DNA from: an uncultured Acidobacteriota bacterium
Lineage (GTDB): Bacteria > Acidobacteriota > Thermoanaerobaculia > UBA5066 > Gp7-AA6
Assembly: GCA_963773905.1 (NCBI GenBank)
Contig: CAVZDB010000008.1
Location: 147,869-211,868, forward strand
DNA: 64,000 bases
Reading direction: 5' to 3'
Part shown: positions 28,071-36,766 of the stretch, one piece after another
How positions within the stretch are numbered: position 1 is the first letter of the stretch
How the letters are laid out: the number at the start of each line of letters is the position of its first letter
Position numbers and translations under genes: made by a program
The notes under the pieces: generated by a model
Databases searched by the model: none
Seen by the model: only the letters and a program-made list of their open reading frames with translations
What the model was told of the DNA's origin: nothing

Positions 28071-28110
28071 TTGACCGCGAGCGCGCGAGCATACTTATAA
28101 TCGCGCGCTC
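28071..28110 (+). promoter_or_regulatory. putative promoter with perfect 10-bp inverted repeat embracing the -10 box
   Basis: TTGACC (28071-28076), a 19-nt spacer, then TATAAT (28096-28101). gagcgcgcga (28079-28088) and tcgcgcgctc (28101-28110) are exact reverse complements flanking gcatacttataa. Confidence 0.4.
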
Positions 28111-28137
28111 CGACAAGAGACCCTGTGACTCGGCGTC

Positions 28138-29379
28138 ATGTTCGGTGCGAGGATGCAGGGATCGGATTCGAGGTCAACGACAGTGCCGATCGGGACCGCC
28201 GTACACGAGAGAACGTTCCCTCTCTGCGAGAGCCTGAACTACCGCGAGTGGTCGGGCTACTACGCGGTGTCCGCCTATGAGGCGCACCACGAGCACGAGT
28301 ACAACGCGATCCGCAACGCCGCGGCGCTGATCGACATCTCGCCGCTCTTCAAATACAAGGTCTCCGGCAAGGACGCGACCCGCCTGGTCGACCGCGTCGT
28401 CACGCGCGACCTTCGCAAGGTCGGCGTCGGCTCGGTCATCTACACGCCCTGGTGCGACGAGCACGGCAAGACCATCGACGACGGCACGGTCGCGCGGCTC
28501 GCGGAGAACGTCTACCGCTGGACCGCGGCCGATCCCAGCCTGCGCTGGTTCAAGCAGAACTCGCTCGGTCTCGACGTCCAGATCGAGGACGTCTCGGAGT
28601 CGGTGGCCGCACTCGCGCTCCAGGGCCCGACCTCGGGCCGCATGCTCAAGGCCATCGCCGAGGCCGACATCGCCAACCTGAAGTACTTCAAGATCACCTC
28701 GGGCAAGATCGCCGGCGTTGCGGTCGAGATCTCTCGGACGGGCTACACGGGAGACCTCGGCTACGAGGTCTGGATGCCGTGGAAGGACGCCGTCCGCGTG
28801 TGGGACGAGCTCATGGCGAAGGGCAAGGCCTTCGATGTCCACGCGGCCGGCATGCTGGCGCTCGACGTCTCCCGCATCGAGGCCGGGCTTCTCCTGATCG
28901 ACGTCGACTTCAACGGCAGCAAGAAGGCTCTGATCGAATCCCAGCGCTACTCGCCGCTCGAGATGGGCCTGTCCCGCCTGGTCGCCCTCGACAAGGGGCG
29001 TTTCGTGGGCCAGGACGCGCTGCGCCGCGAGGCGGCGAGCGGTCCGAAGCGCGAGATCGTGGGCCTCGAGGTCGACTGGAACGCCATCGAGGGAATCTAC
29101 GAGCGCCTCAACCTCGCGCCGCAGATCCCGGCGGCCGCGTCGCGCGTTCCGGTGCCGATCTACGGCGAGGGCGAGTGGGTCGGCAAGGCCACGTCGACGG
29201 TGTGGTCGCCGACGCTCAAGAAGCTGATCGCGCTCGCGACCGTCTCGGCGGGCCACACCGCCGTCGGCACGCGGCTCGAGATGGAATACACCGTCGAGGC
29301 CGTGCGTCACCGCGTGGGCGCCACGGTCGTCAAGACGCCGTTTTTCAATCCGCCCCGCAAGACCGCCACACCGGTATGA
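28138..29379 (+). CDS. aminomethyltransferase (GcvT) family protein
   Basis: Track ORF of 413 aa. Motifs: EYNAIRNAAALIDISPLFKYKVSGKDA, ALALQGPTS, ISRTGYTGDLGYEVW, LDVSRIEAGLLL. Confidence 0.8.
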   Translation: MFGARMQGSDSRSTTVPIGTAVHERTFPLCESLNYREWSGYYAVSAYEAHHEHEYNAIRNAAALIDISPLFKYKVSGKDATRLVDRVVTRDLRKVGVGSVIYTPWCDEHGKTIDDGTVARLAENVYRWTAADPSLRWFKQNSLGLDVQIEDVSESVAALALQGPTSGRMLKAIAEADIANLKYFKITSGKIAGVAVEISRTGYTGDLGYEVWMPWKDAVRVWDELMAKGKAFDVHAAGMLALDVSRIEAGLLLIDVDFNGSKKALIESQRYSPLEMGLSRLVALDKGRFVGQDALRREAASGPKREIVGLEVDWNAIEGIYERLNLAPQIPAAASRVPVPIYGEGEWVGKATSTVWSPTLKKLIALATVSAGHTAVGTRLEMEYTVEAVRHRVGATVVKTPFFNPPRKTATPV

Positions 29380-29381
29380 GT

Positions 29382-29471
29382 TTGCCGCTCACAGCTTTCA
29401 GCTTTCAGCCCGATGAGGCTGGTGCGACGTTCGGCTGTGAGCTGTCGGCTGCGAGCTGTGAGCTGTGAACG
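29382..29471. repeat. heptamer-periodic palindromic element (..CAGC / GCTG.. words), copy 2
   Basis: The left arm is ccgctcacagc|tttcagc|tttcagc|c. The right arm is gctgtga|gctgtcg|gctgcga|gctgtga|gctgtga|acg. It lies between the two GcvT-family genes and ends 12 nt before GGGAGGA. Confidence 0.8.
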
Positions 29472-29496
29472 ATCGAGGAAAAGGGAGGAACAAGTG

Positions 29497-30657
29497 ATGC
29501 CCCCGTTCGACATGAGCCTGGTTCAACGCGGCGCGCGAAACCGACGCACGCCGTACTACGAGGCCACCCAGAAGTATTCGCCGAAGGCGTTCACCGTCTA
29601 CAACCACATGTACTTCCCGATCCGGTTCGACACCTTCGAGAACGAGTTCCAGGCGCTGCTCAACGACGTCACGATCTGGGACGTCTCGGTCGAGCGCTGC
29701 ATCGAGGTCAGCGGACCGGACGGGTTTCGGTTCGCCCAGCTCCTGACGCCGCGCAACCTCTCGAAGTGCGCCGTGGGCCAGGGCAAGTACGTGCTGATCT
29801 GCGATTCGGACGGCGGCATCATCAACGACCCCGTCATGACCCGCATGGAGGAGAACACGTTCTGGTTCGCGCTCGCCTCCTCCGACGTGCTCCTCTTCGC
29901 GAAGGGGCTCAAGAACGCGTATCCCAAGCTCAACGTGACGCTGCGCGAGCGCGACACCGCTCCGCTCCAGGTCCAGGGGCCCAAGTCGAAGAACCTCATG
30001 AGCGACCTCGTCGGCAAGGACATCCTCGACATGAAGTACTACTGGTGGAGGAAGGCCGAGATCCGCGGCGTCCCGGTCGTGATCACGCGCACCGGCTGGA
30101 CGAGCGAGGTCGGCTACGAGATCTACCTCCTCGACCCGACGAAGGGGAGCGTGATCTGGGAGGCCCTCATGGAGGTCGGCAAGCCCTACAACGTCAAGCC
30201 GACGGGCCCGTCCGACATCCGCCGCATCGAGGGCGGGATCCTCAACTGGGGCGCGGACATGACCTACGAGAACAACGCCGTCGAGCTCGGATTCGAGCGT
30301 CTCGTGGACTTCAACCTCCCGGACGACGCCAGCCTCTCGATCGCCGCGCTGAAGAAGATCAAGGCGCAGGGGGTCAAGCAGCGCCTCGTCGGCGTCGTCA
30401 TCGACGGCGAGCCGTTCCCGGCGCTCAACAACGTGAAGTGGCCGGCCCGGCGCGAGGGCGGCGGAGATCCGATCGGCAAGGTGACTTCGGCGATCTACTC
30501 GCCGCGCCTCAAGCAGAACATCGGCTTCTGCTGGGTGCCGACCGAGATGGCCAAGGACGGCACCAGGGTCAAGGTCGAGACCGAGTGGGGCCCGCGGACC
30601 GCGTCCGTGGCGCCGATGCCGTTCATCGATCCGGACAAGCGGATCCCGGTGTCCTGA
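29497..30657 (+). CDS. aminomethyltransferase (GcvT) family protein, demethylase-like
   Basis: Track ORF 29413..30657. The upstream part is repeat sequence, so I prefer ATG 29497 (or GTG 29494), 7 nt after GGGAGGA. Motifs: EFQALLNDVTIWDVSVERCIEVSGPDG, LQVQGPKS, ITRTGWTSEVGYEIY, RRIEGGILNWG. Confidence 0.8.
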   Translation: MPPFDMSLVQRGARNRRTPYYEATQKYSPKAFTVYNHMYFPIRFDTFENEFQALLNDVTIWDVSVERCIEVSGPDGFRFAQLLTPRNLSKCAVGQGKYVLICDSDGGIINDPVMTRMEENTFWFALASSDVLLFAKGLKNAYPKLNVTLRERDTAPLQVQGPKSKNLMSDLVGKDILDMKYYWWRKAEIRGVPVVITRTGWTSEVGYEIYLLDPTKGSVIWEALMEVGKPYNVKPTGPSDIRRIEGGILNWGADMTYENNAVELGFERLVDFNLPDDASLSIAALKKIKAQGVKQRLVGVVIDGEPFPALNNVKWPARREGGGDPIGKVTSAIYSPRLKQNIGFCWVPTEMAKDGTRVKVETEWGPRTASVAPMPFIDPDKRIPVS

Positions 30658-30680
30658 CGGCTCGTCCGCGATGACGCTCG

Positions 30681-31091
30681 TTGGCTGAGCCTCCGAAGTC
30701 CGCGCTCCGCTCGGGCGCGCCCGGCGCTCTCGCCGGCGCGCTGATCGCGATCGAGAAGGCGGTCAAGGAGCCGCTCTTCGGGTGTCGGATGTGCGGGCAA
30801 TGCATCCTGCACTCGACCGGGCTCGTGTGCCCGATGAACTGCCCGAAGAACCTTCGCAACGGGCCGTGCGGTGGCGTGCTGGTGGACGGCCACTGCGAGG
30901 TATACCCGGAGCGCCCGTGCGTCTGGGTCGAGGCCTGGAAGGGCTCGCGTCGGCTGCCGGTCTTCCGCGACCACATGGAGCACCTGAATCCGCCGGTCGA
31001 CTGGAGGCTCCAGGGGACCTCGTCGTGGCTCAACCTGGCGACGGGACGCGACCACCGGGTGCCGGCCGCGTGGCGCGCGGAGGGCTCGTGA
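30681..31091 (+). CDS. methylenetetrahydrofolate reductase C-terminal-domain (MetV-like) zinc-ribbon protein
   Basis: Track ORF of 136 aa with a TTG start. Cys-rich motif: CRMCGQCILHSTGLVCPMNCPKNLRNGPCGG...GHCEVYPERPCVW. Its stop overlaps the GTG of the following metF (GTGA). Confidence 0.7.
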   Translation: MAEPPKSALRSGAPGALAGALIAIEKAVKEPLFGCRMCGQCILHSTGLVCPMNCPKNLRNGPCGGVLVDGHCEVYPERPCVWVEAWKGSRRLPVFRDHMEHLNPPVDWRLQGTSSWLNLATGRDHRVPAAWRAEGS

Positions 31092-32062
31092 CGCCGAAGG
31101 CCGCCTCGGCGCCGCCGCGGAGCCGGCTCGAGGCCGCGCTGCGCGCGGGACGCTTCGCCGTGACGGCGGAGATGCAGCCTTCCAACGGCGCGGACCCCGA
31201 GCAGGTTCGGAGGCTCGCGGCCGGCCTGAAGGGCCGCGTCGACGCCGCCAACTGCACCGACAACCCGGCCGCACGGCCCCACCTCTCGCCGCTCGCGGCC
31301 GGGCGGTTCGTGGCCGAGGCGGGAGTCGAGCCGATCGTTCAGCTGACGTGCCGCGACCGCAACCGCCTCGGCCTCCAGGCGGATCTCCTCGGCGCCTCCG
31401 CGCTCGGCGCGCGCAACGTGCTGCTCCTGACGGGCGACGACGTCTCCTCGGGCGACCATCCGGAGGCGAAGCCGATCTTCGACCTCGACTCGCTGCACCT
31501 CCTCCGCATCGCGCGGATTCTCCGCGACCGGGGGACGTACCTCTCGGGGCGCGCGCTCTCGTCGCGGCCCGACTTCTTCGTGGGGGCGGTCGAGAACCCC
31601 TTCGCGCCCCCGCACGACTACCGCCCGGTGCGGCTCTCGAAGAAGGTGGAGGCCGGCGCGGAGTTCATCCAGACTCAGATCTGCTTCAACCTCCCCCGCC
31701 TCCGGGAGTTCATGGCTCGCGTGGGAGACCTCGGCCTGCTCGAACGCGTCTCGATCCTCGTCTCCGTGTACGTCGCCCGGTCGACGCGCGCGCTGCGCTT
31801 CCTCCGCGACGTCGTGCCCGGGATCGACGTGCCGGACGACGTGATGCAGCGGCTCGCGGGCGCGGCGCCCGGAGAGCAGGCCAGGGAGGGATTCCGGCTC
31901 GCACTCGAGACCGTCGCGGCCCTGCGCGAGACGCCGGGGGTCTCCGGCGTCCATCTCATCTCGATCAACGGGCAGGAGGCGATCCTGCGGCTGATCGAGG
32001 AGGCGGGCCTGCGGAAGGAGATCGAGACGGGCGAGTCGCGGGTCGAGGGCGCCGGCCCCTGA
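31088..32062 (+). CDS. metF: methylenetetrahydrofolate reductase
   Basis: This is the in-frame internal part of track ORF 30782..32062, starting at GTG 31088. Motifs: FAVTAEMQPSNGADPE, ANCTDNPAARPHLSPLAAG, IVQLTCRDRNRLGLQADLLGASALGARNVLLLTGDD, GAEFIQTQICFN. Confidence 0.8.
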   Translation: MTPKAASAPPRSRLEAALRAGRFAVTAEMQPSNGADPEQVRRLAAGLKGRVDAANCTDNPAARPHLSPLAAGRFVAEAGVEPIVQLTCRDRNRLGLQADLLGASALGARNVLLLTGDDVSSGDHPEAKPIFDLDSLHLLRIARILRDRGTYLSGRALSSRPDFFVGAVENPFAPPHDYRPVRLSKKVEAGAEFIQTQICFNLPRLREFMARVGDLGLLERVSILVSVYVARSTRALRFLRDVVPGIDVPDDVMQRLAGAAPGEQAREGFRLALETVAALRETPGVSGVHLISINGQEAILRLIEEAGLRKEIETGESRVEGAGP

Positions 32063-32065
32063 GTC

Positions 32066-32923
32066 CTAGACCTTCGCCCTGAGCTCGCGGCTCCGGACCC
32101 TCGCCGCGACTCCCTTCGGCCGGGAGCTCTTCCCGGCCTTCCCGGGTTCCGCCGCCTTCGACGCCTCGACCGCCGCCCTTCGGACAGTCGCCACCGTCGG
32201 CTCGAGCACCCCGAGCAGCCGCTCGAGCTGCGCCGCGAGCACGACGGCGCCGCGCTCCTCGGCCTCGTCGCGGCTCTCGGCGAGACGCCGGCAGAAGAGC
32301 CGCAGGTCGTTCCAGCGTCCGAGCGCCTCCTGCAGGGCCTTCTCGCGCTGGGCGTGGGTGACCCACTCGCGGACGCCGAGAGACGCCAGGTCCTCGGCGA
32401 GGTAGCGCGCCTTCTTGACCGCCACGCGGTAGCGGTGGAGGGTGCGGTCATCCTTGCCTTCGAGGGTCTGGGCCAGCGCCTCCTGCGCGCGGAGACGCGC
32501 CCGCTCGAGCCGGGCGACGGAGATCGAGGAGTCCTTCCGCTCGAGCCGCGTCACGCGGCGCCGCAGCGTGTGGATGGGGCGGCCGTCGGCGGCCCGCGCG
32601 ACCCGGCGCGAACCCCGCGCGGCGAGCTTCTCCCACCGCGTGGCGAGCGCGGTCACGGCGTCGGGCGAGAGAAAGCCCAGGCGCCCGATCTTCGCGAGGA
32701 GCTGGCGGTCGACCTCGAGCTGCCGCTGCTCGGAGAGCGAGCGGACGATGTCGCGCGCCTCGTTCGAGACGCTCTTGCGTCCGAGCGCACTCGCGGTCGC
32801 GCTCATGCGCCGCAGCGCGACGCGCAGATCGTGGAGGCCTTCGGGCTCGCCGCGCTTCAGCGCCTTGCGGGCGCGCTCCAGGGAATGCGCCTTGGACTTC
32901 CAGAGCGAGTCGGCTTCGCGCAC
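32066..32923 (-). CDS. CHAD domain-containing protein
   Basis: Track ORF of 285 aa with a GTG start. It is helical and Arg/Leu-rich, with CHAD-type LHDLRVALRRMSA and HRYRVAVKKARYLAEDL. It sits beside ppx. Confidence 0.75.
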   Translation of the reverse strand: MREADSLWKSKAHSLERARKALKRGEPEGLHDLRVALRRMSATASALGRKSVSNEARDIVRSLSEQRQLEVDRQLLAKIGRLGFLSPDAVTALATRWEKLAARGSRRVARAADGRPIHTLRRRVTRLERKDSSISVARLERARLRAQEALAQTLEGKDDRTLHRYRVAVKKARYLAEDLASLGVREWVTHAQREKALQEALGRWNDLRLFCRRLAESRDEAEERGAVVLAAQLERLLGVLEPTVATVRRAAVEASKAAEPGKAGKSSRPKGVAARVRSRELRAKV

Positions 32924-32959
32924 GGGGCGCTATTATAGGGTCCGAAGATTGGAGAGACC

Positions 32960-32993
32960 CTTCACGCCCTCTTCACGTCGTCTTCACGGGGTT
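32960..32993 (+). promoter_or_regulatory. PHO-box-like operator: three 11-nt direct repeat units cTTCACg
   Basis: TTCAC starts at 32961, 32972 and 32983, an exact 11-bp phase. The site is in the divergent CHAD/ppx gap. A minus-strand TATAAT lies at 32937..32932. Confidence 0.5.
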
Positions 32994-33023
32994 CCGCCGA
33001 TCCAGCGGGAAAATTCCGCCGCC

Positions 33024-34625
33024 ATGCGGACGCTCGCCGCCATCGACATCGGCACCAACGCATCAAGCTGCTCGTCGCCAACCTCGAGGACGACGGCACC
33101 CTGGAGGTGTTGCTGCCGGGAGAAGGCCATGGTCCGGCTGGGGAGCGAGACCCTGCGGACCGGAAAGCTCTCCGCGGAGGCGATCGAGGCGGGCGTCTCG
33201 ACGGTCGAGCAGCTTCGTCAAGCTGGCGGGCGGCTCCGGCGCAAGGGTCGTCCGGGCCGTCGCGACCTGCGCCGTCCGGGAGGCCTCCAACTCCGACGAG
33301 TTCGTCGCGGCCGTCCACAAGCGCACCGGGGTGCGGGTGGAGGTGATCTCCGGAGAGGAGGAGGCCCGGCTCATCAACCTGGCGTTGCGCAGCGAGTTCC
33401 CGGCCCGGCAGGACCCGCTCTTCCTGATCGACATCGGGGGAGGTTCGACCGAGCTCGTCGATCTCCGATGGCTCCCGCGTCCTCCTGACCGAGAGCCTGC
33501 CGCTCGGCGTCGTGCGCCTGGCGGACCAATTCGCGCGCAACGACCCGCCCTCGGACAAGGACGTCCGCGCCATGAAGAAGGCGATCCGCGGGGTCGCGAA
33601 GAAAGCCGTCGAGGCCGTCCGCAAGAAGGGCTTCAAGACCTGTGTCGGCTCCTCGGGCACCATCCAGTCCCTGTCGCTCGTCCACGAGGCCGCCATCCTG
33701 GGACGCGAGCCCAGCCCCACCGGCCACCGGACGCTCACCCGAGACGGACTGAAGAAGGTCAACCGCCTCATGCGGCGCACCAGCGCGAAGGAGAAGCTGC
33801 GGGTGACCGGTCTCGATCCGCGCCGGCGGGACATCGCGGTCCCGGGCGGCGTTCTGCTGTCCTGGATCCTCAAGCGACACGGGCGCCGAGGCGATCGTCG
33901 TGGGCGAGCGCGGCCTGCGCGAGGGCCTGCTGCTCGACTCGCTCGCGCGGCACGGCGAGGCGCGCTCCCCGGCCTCGCGGGACATGCGCGCCCGCAGCGT
34001 GGACCGGCTTCTGCGGCGCGGCAACGCCGAGGTCCTGCACGCGGCCCACGTGGCGCGGCTGGCGCTCGAGCTCTTCGACAAGACCCATCCGCTGCACCAG
34101 CTCACCGCGACCGAACGCGAGTGGCTTCAGTACGGCGCGCTGCTCCACGACATCGGCTGCTACATCGGCTACGCCAAGCACCAGCGCCACTCCTACTACC
34201 TGATCACCCACGGCGACCTGACGGGCTTCTCCGCCGACGAGATCGAGGTCATCGCGTCGCTCGCGCGCTACCACAAGGGCGGGCGCCCCAAGGAGACGCA
34301 CGAGAACTGGCGGCGGCTCGATCCGTACCTGCGGGTCGTCGTCGAGAAGCTGGCCGGGATCCTGCGCATCGCGGACGGCCTGGACCGAAGCCACCGCCAG
34401 ATCGTCACGGGCATCTCGTGCCGGCTCCGCTCCCGCAAGATCGAGCTCGAGGCGGCGGCACGGGCGGACTGCGAGCCCGAGCTCGACGCGGCGCGCAAGA
34501 AGGCGAACCTCTTCGAGCGCGTCTTCGACCGCAGCGTCGTCCTGCGGGCCGTTCCCGCCGGGCTCGCGGAGGAAGTCCTTCAGAAGGACCTGGAGATCCT
34601 GTCGGCCGAGGCGCTGTGGAACTGA
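33024..34625 (+). pseudogene. ppx: exopolyphosphatase / Ppx-GppA family phosphatase with C-terminal HD domain; about 5 indels
   Basis: Segments MRTLAAIDIGTNA, IKLLVANLEDDGTLEVL, AMVRLGSETLRTGKLSAEAIE, RAVATCAVREASNSDEF, LFLIDIGGGSTELV, CVGSSGTIQSL and the HD part LLHDIGCYIGYAKHQRHSYYLI are spread over track ORFs 32442, 33107, 33331, 33512 and 33900. Frame switches occur near 33062, 33115, 33212, 33465 and 33885. Confidence 0.85.
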
Positions 34626-34733
34626 AGGCGTGCCGTCGCTCCGTCGCCAGAGGGGCGGTTCTCGCGGCACCCCGGGGGGGACGAGCCTCCGCCCCTGCGA
34701 CTCTGTCGATCTGAGGAGGAAGGGAGAGGCGTC

Positions 34734-35399
34734 GTGAAGGAACACTTTGCGGAACAGCTCGAGGATCTGCGCCGGCGGCTCATCCTGATGGGCGGAGAGG
34801 TGGAGCGCCAGATCCACCGCTCGATCGAGGCCCTCACCGAGATGGACCCGGAGAAGGCGCGCTCCGTCATCGCGGCGGACGAGGAGATCGACCGCATGGA
34901 GGTGCAGATCGAGGAGGCCGCGATCGCGCTCTTCGCCCTCCAGCAGCCGGTGGCGATCGACCTGCGTTTCCTGATCGCCGCGCTCAAGATCAACAGCGAC
35001 CTCGAGCGCATCGGGGACCATGCCGTCAACATCGCCGAGGGCGCCGAGCGGCTGGCGGGGCAGAAGCCGTTCAAGCCGTTCATCGACATCCCCTACATGG
35101 CCGAGGTGGCCATGGCGATGCTCAAGCAGTCCCTGGACGCCTTCGTCAACCGCGACGCCGACCTCGCCCGAAAGGTGATCAAGAAAGACGACATCCTCGA
35201 CGAGAAGAACGTCTCGATCATCCGCGAGCTCTTGACCTACATCGCGGAGTATCCGGCGCTCACGACCTACTGCATCGAGCTGATCTCGATCTCCAAGAAC
35301 CTCGAGCGCGTGGGGGACCTCGCGACCAACATCTGCGAGGACACGATCTTCATGGCCGAGGCGCGCTGGGTGAAGCACCACGCGACGGAGCTGCCGTGA
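34734..35399 (+). CDS. phoU: phosphate signaling complex protein PhoU
   Basis: Track ORF of 221 aa with a GTG start after GAGGAGGAAGGGAGAGG. It has the two PhoU repeats (DEEIDRMEVQIEE...INSDLERIGDHAVNIAE and DDILDEKNVSIIREL...ISKNLERVGDLATNICE). Confidence 0.9.
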   Translation: MKEHFAEQLEDLRRRLILMGGEVERQIHRSIEALTEMDPEKARSVIAADEEIDRMEVQIEEAAIALFALQQPVAIDLRFLIAALKINSDLERIGDHAVNIAEGAERLAGQKPFKPFIDIPYMAEVAMAMLKQSLDAFVNRDADLARKVIKKDDILDEKNVSIIRELLTYIAEYPALTTYCIELISISKNLERVGDLATNICEDTIFMAEARWVKHHATELP

Positions 35400-35412
35400 G
35401 GGGAGTCCTCGG

Positions 35413-35464
35413 TTCTCAGTCGTCAGTTCTCAGTGCGTAACTGAAAACTGCAGACTGACGACTC
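35413..35464. repeat. heptamer-periodic palindromic element (CAGT / ACTG words), copy 2
   Basis: ttctcag|tcgtcag|ttctcag|tgcgta|actgaaa|actgcag|actgacg|actc. It abuts the GTG start (35465) of the GH1 gene. The ACTGNNN word is the same as at 7372-7395. Confidence 0.8.
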
Positions 35465-36766
35465 GTGACTTTCCTCTGGGGCGTCGCCACCTCCGCTTAC
35501 CAGATCGAGGGAGCGGCCGACAACGACTGGACGGAGTGGGAGCGCGGCGGCCGCCTCCGCGAGCGCGACGTCCGCTGCGGCGAAGGCTCGGGGCACGGCG
35601 CGCGCTGGCGATCCGACTTCGCGCTCCTGCCGTCCCTCGGCGTCAATGCGTACCGCTACTCCGTGGAACGCAGCGTCCTGGAGCCCGAGCCCGGCCGCTT
35701 CGCCGAGGCCGCGCTGTCCCTCGAGCGGGAACGGGCCGCGGCGCTGCGGCGGCTCGGGATCGAGCCGTGCGTCACGCTGCACCACTACACCCATCCCCGC
35801 TGGTTCTGGTCCGCCGGCGGCTGGGAGGACCCGAAGAGCGTCGAGGCGTTTCGGCGCTATACGGAGGCCGTGGCGGACGCGCTGGCGCCGCACGTCCGCC
35901 TCTGGGTCACGCTGAACGAGCCCATGGTGTTCCTGCTCGGCGGCTACCTCGGCGGCAAGATCCCGCCCGGCCGGACGAGCTTCGGCGCCGCGGCGCGGGC
36001 GCTCGAGCACCTGCTGCGGGCCCACGCGGAGGCCGCCGCCGCGATCCGGGCCAGGATCCCGGGCAGCCGGATCGGCATCGCGCACAACATGCTGGAGTTC
36101 GCTCCGGAGCGCGGCGACAGCGCGCTCGATCGGCGGCTCGCGAAGCAGGCGGAGCGGCTCTACAACCTCTCACTGCTCGAGGCGATCGCGACGGGCCGGC
36201 TGGACTGGTCCTTCCCGGGGCAGGGCCGCGTCCGGGCGCGGCTCGACGGCTTCGCGGGCTCGCACGATTTCGTCGGCGTCAACTACTACAGCCGCGTGCA
36301 CATCCGCTTCCGCGGCGTGCCGGGCGCGATCGGGGAGTACTCCTACCGCGATCCGCTGGCGCGCGGCCTGACCGACACCGGCTGGGAGGTCCACCCGGAG
36401 GGATTCGACTCGGTGCTCCGCGAGGCCGCGGCCGTCGGGCTGCCCGTCATCGTGACCGAGAACGGCATCGCGACGCGCGACGATCGCCGCCGCCAGGCCT
36501 TTCTCCGCGATCACATCCTCGTCCTCGCGCACCGGCGGGCGGCCGGGACGCCGATCGACGGGTACTTCCACTGGTCGCTGCTCGACAACTTCGAGTGGCT
36601 CGAGGGGTTCGGTCCGCGGTTCGGCCTCTTCGGGGTCGACTACGCCACGTTCGCGCGGCGCCGGCGTCCCTCGGCCGACCTGTTCGCCCGGCTGGGGCAA
36701 AGCTTCACGGACTCGGCGACTCCAGGGGCAGCGGGTGGCGAAGCTTCCGCCGCTTCTCGAAGGTGA
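35465..36766 (+). CDS. glycoside hydrolase family 1 beta-glucosidase
   Basis: Track ORF of 433 aa. Motifs: FLWGVATSAYQIEGA, the acid/base motif TLNEPMV, the nucleophile motif VTENGIA, and FHWSLLDNFEWLEGF. Confidence 0.85.
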   Translation: MTFLWGVATSAYQIEGAADNDWTEWERGGRLRERDVRCGEGSGHGARWRSDFALLPSLGVNAYRYSVERSVLEPEPGRFAEAALSLERERAAALRRLGIEPCVTLHHYTHPRWFWSAGGWEDPKSVEAFRRYTEAVADALAPHVRLWVTLNEPMVFLLGGYLGGKIPPGRTSFGAAARALEHLLRAHAEAAAAIRARIPGSRIGIAHNMLEFAPERGDSALDRRLAKQAERLYNLSLLEAIATGRLDWSFPGQGRVRARLDGFAGSHDFVGVNYYSRVHIRFRGVPGAIGEYSYRDPLARGLTDTGWEVHPEGFDSVLREAAAVGLPVIVTENGIATRDDRRRQAFLRDHILVLAHRRAAGTPIDGYFHWSLLDNFEWLEGFGPRFGLFGVDYATFARRRRPSADLFARLGQSFTDSATPGAAGGEASAASRR

